Origin: Callorhinchus milii
Lineage: Eukaryota
Direction: 5' to 3'
DNA: 64,000 bases
Assembly: GCF_018977255.1 (NCBI RefSeq)
Contig: NW_024704742.1
Span: 111,974,001 to 112,038,000, forward strand
Below, in pieces: positions 14,337 through 27,179 of the stretch. The position numbers and the translations under genes were made by a program. The notes beneath the pieces were generated by a model. The model made no database searches. It saw nothing but the letters and a program-made list of their open reading frames with translations, and had not been told where the DNA came from. Within the stretch, counting starts at the first letter, position 1. Every line of letters starts with the position of its first letter.

Positions 14337-14649
14337 GTAAGTGAGAATTTTGCTGATGCCTTCAAACATTTCCCCTGCAGAAGACAAGCATTAACAGTGA
14401 CTTTATTTCTTCATTCTCTGATTTGTTTTTCATCAATCACCAAAAATAGCGTCAGTCTGCAAACAGTCTGCAAATCCTTTACAAATGCCATGATCTGTAC
14501 TGGTTAATATTTCCTGCCCTGTGTTGTTCACAGGTTTTTTTTGCATCAGATTAATTAGAAAATAAAATCATAGTTCTGCAATTAAAGGATAACTAAAATC
14601 CAATTTACTTCCACATGGGATATAGAGAAAAAAGTAAAGGGGTGAAAAT

Positions 14650-15080
14650 TATAATAATCTTTGCATTTGATGTAGCCCCTGAATACACAGTAGAGATATC
14701 TCAAAGTACTTCACGGGATTTTACTGTGAAGTAGAGTGACTGTGTAATTGTAGGCAAATGTGGTAGCCAATTTGCACATAGCAATGTCTCACAAATGAAG
14801 TAACTGACCAATTTTATCTGGGGGATTGTTGGTCAGGATACGAGAAGAGACTTAGTTTCTTTTTGAATAGTACCGTGGGATCTTTAATGTCCACCTGAAC
14901 AGGCGGACGGGAACTTGGTTTAATGTCTCATTTAAAGAATGGCACCTTCAACACTACAGCACTCCTCCACACTGGAGTGTTAGCCTAGACATTGTGTTCA
15001 AGATGTATTCAAGATGTGGGGATTGGAACCCACAACCTTTTGACTCAGAGACAAGATTGCTATCAACTGATCCAAGCTGA
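14650..15080 (-). mobile_element. Old Deu-type SINE, near full length
   Basis: ataataatctttgcatttg..ggatctttaatgtccacctgaacaggc..cccacaaccttttgactcagag..caactgatccaagctga. Confidence 0.8.
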
Positions 15081-15534
15081 TAAAATGCAGGGTAACTAAG
15101 AAGAGAGTTAGACCGGAATCTTGCAAACTTGCAGTCTGTTTACCGTGTGCCTCAGGCTGAAGGTATCTGGCTTCAGGCCAGCCCAACCATTATCACAAAA
15201 TGGGGACGGGGGGATACACAACCTCAGTCTCCACAGACCAGGGTGTCGATGACTTTCTTGATGGCATTTATCAATGACATGTATATTATCAGTGGTGATA
15301 AATAACACATCAGCATGTCTCAATTTTTGTCCCACACCTTTATAACCCAGAGATTGATATAAAAACAGAAAAGGCTGGAAATCCACTGTATTTTAATCAA
15401 TGGCTGCAAGACACACAGGATGTTAACCCCAATATGAGATGCTGATAGGTTTGCTGTGAATTTCCAGCCTTCTGTGTTTTTATTTCAGTTTACCAGCATT
15501 CAGTTTTCCTTTTCAAATCCACTCGCAGAATGAA

Positions 15535-15810
15535 TCTTACATTTTCATAGCATTGATAATGTCTTAAAGCATTTCACTGTAATTACAGTCATGTGTAGTG
15601 ACTGCCTATTTTTAGGCTCGGCAACCATTTTGCATGCAGTAAAGGCCCACAAGTAGGCATGAGGTAAATGACAACGCAGCTGTAGAATGCCAACGCTCTC
15701 CCGTTACTGCACTGGAGCAGCAGCCTGAACTATGAATTCAAGTGCTGATCTGGAGCTTAAAACTACGACCTTCTCACTCAGGCAAGAGTGCTGCCAATTC
15801 AGCCAAAATG
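15535..15810 (-). mobile_element. Old Deu-type SINE, degraded
   Basis: gaccttctcactcaggcaagagtgctgccaattcagcc head and degenerate core/tail. Confidence 0.6.
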
Positions 15811-16014
15811 GCTCGAGTGACATATGTTGTCCATAAATAAGGGCGAGCAGTATAGACCACTAGAAAGGTGCCATTAAAAGTTACCCATCTAATCATCAAT
15901 TAGTTGCTGCAAATCATATCTGTCTGGTTTTAAATTAGAAATGATGGACACAACCCAAAATGTGCTGACGTTGTAACACCAATTCTGAGTCGAGCCGCAC
16001 AGAATAGAAGCTGC

Positions 16015-16049
16015 ACAGCGCCACCTACTGCTCATGTGAAATATTGCAG
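16015..16049 (-). promoter_or_regulatory. Predicted CTCF site with upstream motif
   Basis: Minus strand reads CTGCAATATTTCACATGAGCAGTAGGTGGCGCTGT: core AGGTGGCGC plus a TGCAATA upstream module at typical spacing. Confidence 0.65.
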
Positions 16050-16244
16050 CTCACAGCAACACCGCTCACAATTAAAATAAAGCTGTACAATATTTTGTGC
16101 ACCTCACGGCTATAGATTTAATTTTTTTTTGTGATTTGAATTAAAAAAAAGAAACAATGACAGGACAGCTCGCATATTTTATTAGTTTTCCACATGGTCT
16201 ACTTCCCGCCACAGTAAGACTTATCTTTGCTGGTGACTGGTCCA

Positions 16245-16285
16245 GTTACCATGGAGATACTGATGTAATTGGTTACCATGGGAAC
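16245..16285. promoter_or_regulatory. Paired RFX X-box-like motifs
   Basis: GTTACCATGGAGAT (16245-16258) and GTTACCATGGGAAC (16272-16285); consensus GTTNCCATGGNAAC. Confidence 0.5.
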
Positions 16286-16470
16286 ATCTAATCTCCTGAA
16301 GGATTGCAAATGATAGGGTTAGAAGAGTTGTTCAAGGCCAATTTTGTTAAATGATTAATTTTACGAAAAACGTCTCGGGCGCTATCCTGCGTTTCTCTCT
16401 GTGTTGAATATTAAAAACGATGCCCAGTTCTAAAGATTATGCTTCATGTACGCTTATGTTTTTTTCATAG

Positions 16471-16605
<135 letters not shown>

Positions 16606-18114
16606 TGACTCTGATTGTTTTATCGACAGTAACAAGCATGCAGTAGGTCACACAAATTGATCCACTTAGGTTATTTGTATTAATTCTGATGTAATGCCGC
16701 AACCTTATTTCTCGAGGGTCTTATATTCCCTTCTGCAGCTTGTGCGTCATTGCTTTAGGCACACGCACTAATAACTGCGCTTTATGTCTTCATACTTTCC
16801 TCCACAAAATGTGATTTTGTTTGACAGCACAGTTATGCCTCAACGGTTTCACAAACGCACACATCCAGAGAGTAGTGTTACCATATTAAGAAGCGTTGTT
16901 AAATTCATCAGTCTTTTGGAAGTTAGAGACATAGATAAAATCAGAGTTGTTTTAAATTATACTTTAGTTTGCAGTTCCAGTCAAAGGCCTTGATCTTGCA
17001 CCTATATGTTTAACTCCTGTCCTTATTGTTTTTCAATAGAAAACCAATTTTGAACAAACTGTGCATTGTAGGACGCACTTCCTGTTTTATTTGTTGGATG
17101 AGATACCAGGAAGCATAGCAAAAATACAAACAGATTATTGCCTAGAGAAAAATGTTGCAAGCTCTTTACCAAACAGTGGGTTTCCTGCTGTGTTAAACTT
17201 TTCAAATTGTAGGTTATGTTAACATCCTTCAGCTTTGATTGTCATTTCTATCAGGCAGACAGTAATACAATAAGAATCAAAATTGAAAGCAATTTTCTGA
17301 GTGTAATACTTCCAAAGCAATTTACCTTAAGTGTCCTGATGCACCTTGAATAAATGAACAGATTAGACTTACAAGCACGATACATTTTAATAGCATCATT
17401 GTGTGGAGCATTTGTTTTTCTTACCACACATTGCATTTTGAATTGAATTTTCAGAAAATTGTCACCAATTACATAATAAAGAACACTGGTGAAAATAAGA
17501 TCGAAAACAATTAAAATGAATAATATTTGATTTAAAAAAAGTGAAGATGTTTCTTTTTAAATATGGCCGTGTCCATTCATCTGCCTTTATAACAGAGCAG
17601 CTGAGGGTTTGATAAGCATAAACATGGTGTTTACAGCACTAGAAAATGTAGATTTTCAAATCATTTTCAGCCAGTTTTGTTGGCGAAATCCAGAGTAGCA
17701 TTCAAGAATTAGTCCATATTAAGTGAACAGAAGCATCAGACGTTAATGGATGTCACAATGACTGTGCGACAGTATGAAGGCAGCAGTGTCTGTTTCTTGG
17801 CGAAAGTGGGACTGGCACTATCAGTCCAAGTAAGGCTTCAATATGATTTGGCTGTAGCCCAGTCTATTTTACATAATATCTTACACACGGCCACTGCAGA
17901 GCTCAGAAGCATAACAATATTTTGTTTGCATCCTGATACAATACACTCTTGATCACATTACACATTTAAACAGGCTAGTTTGTGTTGAATCAAGCTCATA
18001 TATTAAATATCTTAAATCAATCATTAGAAGTTAACAACTTTATCAATAATTTTATCAATTAACTTTCACTTGTTTTCCCTTTCTTCTTCCTCTCTCTTCC
18101 TGCACACAATGAAG

Positions 18115-18247
18115 AATATTCGCTTGCTAGTGCTGACTTGTCATCTCTTTCTGGGTTTAACACCGGAGCCCTCCACCTGGGCTCAGTAACTGGATGGCAG
18201 CAACATCAGCTACAGAATATGCAACACTCAGCTCTAAGCCAGCTGGG
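18115..18247 (+). CDS. MEF2C: MEF2C penultimate coding exon
   Basis: Long pyrimidine tract then aatgaag|AA TAT TCG ... CAG CTG GG|gtaagt; 133 nt, phase 1 to 2; (E)[43 protein letters not shown](G). Confidence 0.96.
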
Positions 18248-19308
18248 GTAAGTACATTTAAAGCAATCTTCAGGTATGATTTGCTCATTTAGTGCTGACA
18301 ATCACCTAACATCATTCTCCCAGCTGAGATAGCACACCCGTAGGATTGGGCCATTTAGGTGCTATGCTGCCTGGCTCCAAAGTGACAGTGTTCATAGAAG
18401 CATAAAGGTTTTCAGCACAGAAGGAAGCTGTGTCTGTGTTTGTGCCAGTGTTAACTCTGTTTTTTTTAATTATCCATTTTCATTAGTTCCACTTTCCAGT
18501 TCTTTCCCCAGTATCCCTAATGCTTTATACGAGTGAATTGTTCCAATGCTGATTGTAGTGTGAAAGTGTTGCCGTATAACAACATCATCCAGCAATCAGC
18601 ATAAAGGCTTGTCCTTATCAATATGTTGACACTGGAGAAACATGTGACCTTCTGGTTCTGTGTGTCAGTGGAGCAGCATCTTAACTAACTGGCCTAACGG
18701 GGAGGCTCCCCACCCATCATGTGCAGCATTCCCCATAAACAGGAATAAGATGTATTCTGTATTCAGCCATCCAGTCTAAACTTGCAATGCAGCATAAACA
18801 TCTGTGTTTCAAGTCCTGCTGGTGGTGAATTGAACTATTACAATTTGGGTATTAGTGGAGAAACCAGAAAATAGCTTGGATAGACAATGTAGTTAGTTCC
18901 ACTGAACTACCTCAGTATATCTCTCCTCCTTTTGATGAATAAAATCTGACTTTTGCCATCAAGTTTTCCATCATCGGTTGTTTGTCAGTTACTGTTGAAC
19001 TCAGACTGTCCACTTCATAACTTCAAGCGCTCCGGGATGCTACCCCGCGTAAAGGACGCTATATAGATGCAAATTGTTGTTGATGTTCATAACCACCTTG
19101 GCAAAATAAGCTTTGTGGTTCACTGTCTTTTCAGTTAAATTGTCATTTCCTTGCTGCTTTCTGAAAAATATCATCAAAGTAAGAATTTATTTTGCAAATA
19201 AGATTCGGAGAGCTGAAAAAATCCTTTGTTGAAGTTCAAAACTACAGCTCTTTTTGGAAATAGAATAACATAAATTGCAGAAACCTGAAGGTAGAATCTG
19301 AGGCTTGA

Positions 19309-19339
<31 letters not shown>

Positions 19340-19346
19340 CAGAGAC
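19309..19346. repeat. (TG)n(AG)n compound microsatellite
   Basis: tgtgtg...gagagagacagagac. Confidence 0.9.
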
Positions 19347-19857
19347 AAAATCTACATATCTGTAATAATTAAACACACTTGCTGGACATCAGGCTTACAC
19401 TCATGCTACCAGTGAGAATGTACCAGCAATTTATGAGACTTGGGTCTCAGAGTGGAAACAGAATTCATTCAGCAGGTTCCTGTGTTCCTACATAATCTCA
19501 AATCTGAATGAGATTGGGACTCATAACTTCATGTGAGGCAGTGGTTGGCCACTCGGGGGCAGCATGCTACCTTCATCACACACACACTTCTCTATTAAGC
19601 TGTGGTTTTCTGCTAATGTTAATTTTTAGCAAAATTTGTTGCTTTGCACTTCATCAGAAGAGCCCAAAGGTTATTCATGAATATGCCACATTTGTTAAAT
19701 AAATTCTTTATAAATCCTCAAGGAAGAGGAAAGAAGACCTGAAAGTGTTATTGTGCAGTGCAGGAAAACATTGAGTTAATGACTATTACACTGGTAAATA
19801 TAGTCAAGGCTGACAGCTGCTTAATCAAATTCAATGCCATTTGCCACATTAGAATAA

Positions 19858-19972
19858 AATAATAATAATAATCTTTTCATTTGATGTAGCGCTTTTCCCG
19901 TCTTCTAGACATCTCAAAGCTCTTCACAGAATATACCGTAAAGTGAATTGATTGTATTTGTGGGCAAAACGC
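19858..19972 (-). mobile_element. SINE 3' tail fragment
   Basis: aataataatcttttcatttgatgtagcgcttttcccgtcttctagacatctcaaagc..gtaaagtgaattg. Confidence 0.85.
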
Positions 19973-20915
19973 ACAATTAATACAAACAGATTTGTTCCAT
20001 ACCTGTGAAGGGTCATATTTGGAGGGTCACTGGATAACAATCGGAAGCAGGAACCCTGGCTAATATAAAAGTACATATATAATATAAAAGGTATTGTCAA
20101 AAAAACAGTGCTACATCTATTAAGGGTAATACTGAAGAGAAATACTGTAGAATTAAGAGGACTGCTTTCAAAAGGATTTCACTTCTGATAAGCTTGAAAA
20201 CTCCTCTGGCCCCACCTGCTGATAAGAAGGGTTAATACTACAATGCGCTAGCTTCTAAATTAATGCAGAATTCCAGATGAGTTGTCCTGAGAACAATTTT
20301 CTATTTGTTTTTCCTGTCAATTCCTTGCTCTCATGGAAGTGCTTCCTTCTGCTGGGTATGGTCCATGTGTACGCTATTTGATCCAAGTGGGCATACTTCA
20401 TGTGTGAGTCTTGACATTGAGCATTATGAGGCAGTGAGGGGAGAGGGGATGAGTATCACAGCCATATCTGATTTGTTCCATACCTGTGAAGGGTCATATG
20501 TGGAGGGCCACTGGATAACCATCAGGAGCAGGAACCCTGGCTAATTGTCCCTCTCTAACCCAGGTGGTTGAAACCAAAGGTAACGTCTCTGTTGCAAAGG
20601 CCCAATTGAGACTAGTTAACTCTCAATTGGAATTGAATTTAGAACCTACGAGCGCCCTGCGTCGTGCCGCGATTGCTGTGGGTATCCCGAGGGTGTGTAG
20701 GATCTGGTTTAGCTACTTATTAAGTAAACTTGCTAAGCCATCAGAGGAGCGAATCCAAGAACCTTTATGGAGAGATTTGAATAGAGGCCCTCAGTGGTTG
20801 TTCTGCACTGATATGTAAGTGGCTTTCCTGGTGAAAACCAGGTATGCACTTCTTAAGGTATACACTGTGATTAAGTAGCTGTCGATTAGGGATAACAGGC
20901 AGTGTCCAATTGGTA

Positions 20916-21146
20916 TTTGTTTGATCAGCTGGATGTCTGCCATATGCAGAAAGCCATCATCATGCTTAAGAGGATCCAAACCAAACTGAGATTTCCATGC
21001 ATCCCACCTACACATGGAAATCCCAGAGATAGATTGTTGGAATGGAATGCGCACTCTCTCCCCGGAGTGATGCATTCTGCTTACTCAATTACAGAATATT
21101 AGGCAAAGATTGGCAAGAGCCAAGGCTTAGGGATCTCAGAGTGTCC
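20916..21146 (-). repeat. Unclassified dispersed repeat, copy 1 (second copy 28307-28505)
   Basis: Shares atccaaacca(a/g)ctgagatttccatgcatcccacctacac..ggaatggaatgc and caaggctt..cagagtgt with 28307-28505. Confidence 0.8.
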
Positions 21147-22751
21147 AAACAACAGTTGGATTATTTCACAACATAACATCAGCGACATAAAGTTATTAAA
21201 GGATGTAGAGAAAAGGCAGGAAGGTGGGATTAAAGCTCTGCCTCGGTCTATAAATTGGTGGAACAGGATAAGTGGGTTGATGACCTCTTCATGTTCCTAT
21301 GTATAACCATTTCAGCACCTTGGGACACCTCCCAGGGTGAAGGATGCTATATACATGTGAATTTCTATTGCATTGTAACACACATAAATTGTGTTTTGCC
21401 AAATTGTCCTTAAATACAGCAACTGGGTATCCCCTGACCAACAATTCCTTCCCCCACCAAAAATAAATTGTACATTCATTTCATGGCTGTTTATGAGACA
21501 TTGCTGTACACAAATTGTCTGCCTTGCTGGCCAACAAATGCACAGTCACTACGTTTTACAGTAAAATACTGTGAAGCGTTTTGAGACATCTTGACACGGT
21601 AATAAGGTACTATATCAAATGCAAGGATTGCAGTAAGCCTTCGTGAGCCTTGCTATTTAGTTCTCTTCATTGACTTGGTTTATTAGCTTTGTGGGATTAC
21701 CTTGCTGGGGTTTACCAGCCTTTGCTGACAGACTCCAGGCTTACTTTCAAACATTACCTTCCGCCTAATAACTGTTAGTTATTTCCTCTTGTCCCTTGCA
21801 TTCCCAGTTCTTTCCTGGCTCACTCCTTCTTTTGCTACTTTTCCATCTGATCTCTTCCCCCTTTCTTCCTTATTGTTGTATCACTGATCTGGGCCTCTCT
21901 TTCCTCCCTATCGATGTGAATCAATGGCTGACTGAGCAGAGGCTAAGATTCCAATATCTCATTGACCTCAATTGGAACACACAGCAGGTGTTTTAGTGTG
22001 CCGACCATCTCACCTACACACAAAGTAAATTCAGGACATTATTTTGATTGTACTGAGAAGCTGTTCCAAAACCTTAACTGCGTCATGAACAGCAATGAAA
22101 CAAGTAGGCGTTTGGAGTCCTGTCAAAGACACAAATGAGAGCGCTGGTGGTGCTTTCAGAGTTACTCTGCTAGTTACGTAGCACATATCACTGGACAGCT
22201 TATTCTAAGGCTTAACAATTTCCCAATTTAATCAATAAATATCAGTGTTTATCACATTTTCTCCAATCGAAAAGTTGAATTCCCTTTGTTAAAATATAAG
22301 GGGATTTTTTAAAACTTTTTTATGACTTACAAAGGTGCCCATTTTGGCAACGATTCCTACTCTCCAAAATAGGTGTAAATCAGTGCACACTAATGCTGGG
22401 CAAAATAGACATTTATTTAAGAGTAACACAGAAGAGGAGATACTGTACCTTTCAGGTGTTCACTGTCAGCCAAAGTTTCAGACATGCACAATTTAAAAAC
22501 TTGACAGGCCTTAGGTGAATATAACGCAATTCTCGAATGGGAGTTTACGCTGCCATTTAGATGAATAAGACATCACAAAGCTGGATTATCGCTGACAGTG
22601 ATGAATTATTATCAATTGCATTTGACATCACTGCTGTTTAAGTGCAGTTTAAGTGTAAGCACAACCAGTGCACATTTTGTCTCATTGCACAGTCGCTGAT
22701 AAAATAGTTCAAAGCTTAGGTGTGAGTGTACATCTGCGTGAGTGGCCATGA

Positions 22752-23135
<384 letters not shown>

Positions 23136-26100
23136 TAAGATTCTCCAATAATTGTTTTTCTTGCAGTGTGTGTGTGCTCTACATTACAGGGGAAAAGGGG
23201 GGGGTTGGGGGGGAGGGAGGGTTCTACATTATATGTACCGTGTGTGGAAAATAAGTCAGGTACTCTGTTTTGTAAAAGTACTTTTAACTTGCCTCAGTGA
23301 TATAAGGTAAACGTAAAATGCTGAGATTACAGTTTAGCACTTGAGTTGTACAAAAAAAAACTTGTACAATGTAGATTTTACCGCTAACTCTTTTTCATTG
23401 CTGTGCTCCCTTGCAAAATGTATGTTACAATAGATAGTGTCATGTTGCAGGTTCAACGTATTTACATGTAAATAGCAGATTAAAAGGAAACGTTTGCCAG
23501 AACTGGCAGATCTTTGCCGAGAAAGAAAGAGCAGCTGTGTTATGCAACAAAAACAAAAAAAGAATCTATATATATATAAATATAGTTGACAGGCCCAGGA
23601 ATATGGGTGACCGTTCTCAAAAAAAATGAAGTTGGTTGGATGGCTGACACCTCCATACATAGTAGCAACACAAAAGGCACATCGGTGGAGTATGGAACTT
23701 AGTAAATGAATCAAAGTCATTTGAAAGAGACCATACTATGAGAGCAATGGAAAGTGTTAATAGGTGGAAAAAGTCTGAGATCTGGGTCTGTTTAACATTT
23801 TAAGTGGGGGAAAAAAAGATGTACATTACATTTTGCTTATATTTTCATATGAAAGCAAAGAAAAAATGTTTGCAAAGCATTTGTGGCTTTTTGTAGTTTA
23901 CTTAAGCCAAAATGTTTTTTTTTCTGATAGCTTCGCTGGTATTTTAAACAGTCCTGAAAAAAATAATGGAATTGGGCTTTTCGTATGGAAGCACTACCCT
24001 AAAGCCATGAAAAAAAACTCCATGCTTTGCTAACCAAGATAACTGTTTTCTCTTTGTAGAGTTTTGTTTTTGAAATGTGTATTTCTAATTATATAAAAAT
24101 AATATTAAGAAAATCTTTTAAAATCTGTGAAATTAACATGCTTGTGTATAGCTTTCTAATATATATTAATTATGGTCATAGCAAACATTGTTTTGGTTAT
24201 CTTATTAGTGGGGGGGAGTATTTGTGCAGATGCACGTTTCAGTAACTAAAGGGAGTGAAATTGTCCTTGCTGCTAAGTGTAGCGACGATATGCGAGAATA
24301 TTGGGAAAGAACCCATGACAAGTATACTTTGGCAAAATCGTCTCACATAGTGGAAAGAGAAATTTCTCACCCTAAAATCTTTAAATCTCTTCTGCACACG
24401 TTTTTGCAGAATCAGAGTTGGCTGTGTTCAGTATAAAGAGGTTAACCAGTTGGGAGGACTGGATTGGTATGTATTTTAGAGTTTGCTACTGTTTAGGAAT
24501 AATATCATGGAAAGGAGTGGGACTGCCTGGCATTTTCAGCACCTGGGGGAAGTTTCAGAAGCATCTCGGTCACTATTTTGCTACAGTACGTCTCATTTGT
24601 AGTTGCATTGCCATGAAACTCCAATCTGTACTAAACCTGACTTACTTTGAAAAGTTGTTTGAATTTGGGTGGTCTCCAAACAGAATTTATGAGTCTCAAC
24701 AATTACTAGCAAATATCTTACACCATTGTTTCATTTAAATTTTTTTTTTTTAATTGCTTTTAACTTCTCTGTATTCTGATACTTCTCCACCCTCCCACTC
24801 CCTTCCTTGGGTGCCCAGACACAACTTGATGAAGATGCATTTGAGATGCACACATGACATGTGCTCACTCAGATTTAAAACTGTTCCCCTTGTACACCAT
24901 AGTGTTAAAGGTTAATTCATTGTCAATGCTTCAATACAAGAGGACTGTTTGTAATAGCATGATTATGTGGTTTTAAAAGGCAGGTATCCACTCAGTAGGT
25001 AAAAGGAAAGGAATGGCAGGCAGCCACAATCTCCGAACACTATTTTAATTCAGCATTTTTTTGCAAAAAAGGTAAAAGATCAATTTTATTGTAGACCGAG
25101 CAAGTAGCAAAAATTGTGTTAACAGCAGTTCATATCCACAATTTTGTTTTTTTTTAAAGTGAGAAGCACAAGTTCATTCACATGGGTCACTGCTTTCTTT
25201 ACCTTCGATCTCTACTTTGCTGTTATCCAAGTGTTCTAGTTTTGCTGTATGTTTGACCACAGTGCTAATTCTTGTTCAGCAATTAATTTCTGTGGTGTTA
25301 AGAAATACGGGGCAGCGCCCCATGTATATTATCATTTACTCACACAGCTCATTGGCTAACAGATTTAGGCAATGTTCTTTACTGCGACACAAAAGGTCAG
25401 TGGCATTTTCTTAGGGGCACTTAAGTTATTTTTTTCATGAACATCAAAAAGGCTTGTTACTATTTCTGCGCAGAGTGAGAGCAAAGTAATTTACTGATAT
25501 CTTGATGTTTGCATTGCTTTACTGCTGCCAGTAACTTGAGTTGACATATCAGGGCTAGTAGATGTCACACAGTAAGAGCTGAGATAGTGAAAATATCAGC
25601 AAACCAGATCAGCTTTGACAGAATATTCTGCAAAATCCACTATTCTACCTCTAAAAGAGTTTTATGATAAGTGGGGCTAGTCTGTAATTTTATGTTGCTC
25701 CAATGAAATATTTTCAAAGGCCCTTGCAAAACGGTCACACCATCAAAACATATTGCATTCTGGAAGAGTATTCTTCAGAAGAAAGTCAGCTAGACGAATA
25801 GAATTCAAAATGTAATAACTTTTTTTATATTAAAGTTTATTTTTAAGTTTGATAAAATATATATTTAGTTGCTCTTTAAAATAGTCTTTTTTGACATGGA
25901 AACATTGAGTAAGAAATAGATTTACACCTGTAACACCACTTATCAACCTTCATAAAATCTACTCTTGAAGATCTGGTTTTATGAGAAACACCTTTATTTT
26001 CACCAATTAAAAACAAGTGTTCCTGAAAGCCACGTTGTTGCTCAAAAAAGACTATTGCCTAAAAAAAAGTGCTTCGACTCTTCTTGTTTGTGCCATCTGC

Positions 26101-26855
26101 TGTGTATAATGTGACATTTTTCACCTGATGCTGGTTTCCTGCCACTACAGAGTTCTGGAAAGACTGAATAAGTAATGTTTATTAAGAATGCTTCGAAATG
26201 TAGGTTATGGTAAAGGCTTTTGTTAATATTTTAACCAAAGATGTGGAGCAATCCAGGTTTTAGCCACAGTTTTTGCAAATATGCTTCTCTAAGCTTTCTC
26301 TGTTTTTAATATTTTAGTTCAAGTAATATATATATATACTGTATATATATATTGCTTTCCCTGTTCATACCTCAAATTTGTCCATACCTCAAAACAGTTT
26401 AAAGAGGTCAGTTCACTAAGCAATGAAATACGGTACCAGTGCTCAATATGAAGGAACTGTTGTAAACTGCAGGCCTGGATTGCTTTGGAAGGGACAAGTA
26501 TTATTGAACTGAAACAGACTTGGATTGCTCCAGCTGGTTTGCTGTTATTTTTTTCTGAGGATTTGTTTCCATTATACAATAGTAATATGAAACGATTGCT
26601 TGTGAATGGGGGAAATGTGGACGTTTGCAGCAAAAATAAAGAGGCTCACAGCGGCATAAGCTGGACTTTGTCGCCACTTGATGACAAAAAGATGTTAATA
26701 ACTAAGTTAAACTACATCTATGTATCTCAAGGGACTTAATTCAGCTGTCTGTAGTGAAAATTTTTATGGGAAAAATTCAAGTTTCTCTCGCTGGAAATAA
26801 GGTATAATTTGTATTTTGCCGACAAATCAGTAAAGTTACTGGCTTTCATAGTGAT
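23136..26855 (+). other. MEF2C: MEF2C long 3'UTR (end approximate)
   Basis: AT-rich and free of recognisable TEs from the stop to about 27.1 kb; candidate signals ATTAAA 23479, AATAAA 26635, AGTAAA 26829 and AATAAA 26916. Confidence 0.7.
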
Positions 26856-26880
26856 TTGATGCCCTTGTGTGATTTCTTTT
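26829..26880 (+). terminator. Candidate distal polyadenylation signal (AGTAAA) with downstream GU/U-rich element
   Basis: AGTAAA 26829-26834, then tttgatgcccttgtgtgatttctttt about 20-45 nt downstream; AATAAA at 26916 is an alternative. Confidence 0.5.
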
Positions 26881-27179
26881 CTCTCTTACATGCAACTAAG
26901 ATTACACTTCAGTTAAATAAAAAAAACAAGCTAATTATTAGTGCAAGATCAGTGACTGAAAATTTAATTTATGTGATAAGTGCTGCAATCCACTTCAGTA
27001 CATGCTATTAATAACTTTATGACTAAACAGTCTGAAAAAATAAGTATCTGGGTCTGAACACATATGTATATATACACACACAATATATTTTGCACAACCA
27101 TCAGTAATTATTCAAACAGTTATTATTTAGCAAAACCTAAACAAAATAGCAAGAGAACATCAATGCATAATGTTAATTC

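Noticed and set aside
21311..21330. REST/RE1-like TTCAGCACCTTGGGACACC
   Set aside because: Spacing and right half deviate from consensus, and it is part of a decayed L2 tail.
24192..24202. miR-9-like TTTGGTTATCT
   Set aside because: Only 11 nt match, with no rest of the mature sequence and no star arm; it lies in the MEF2C UTR.
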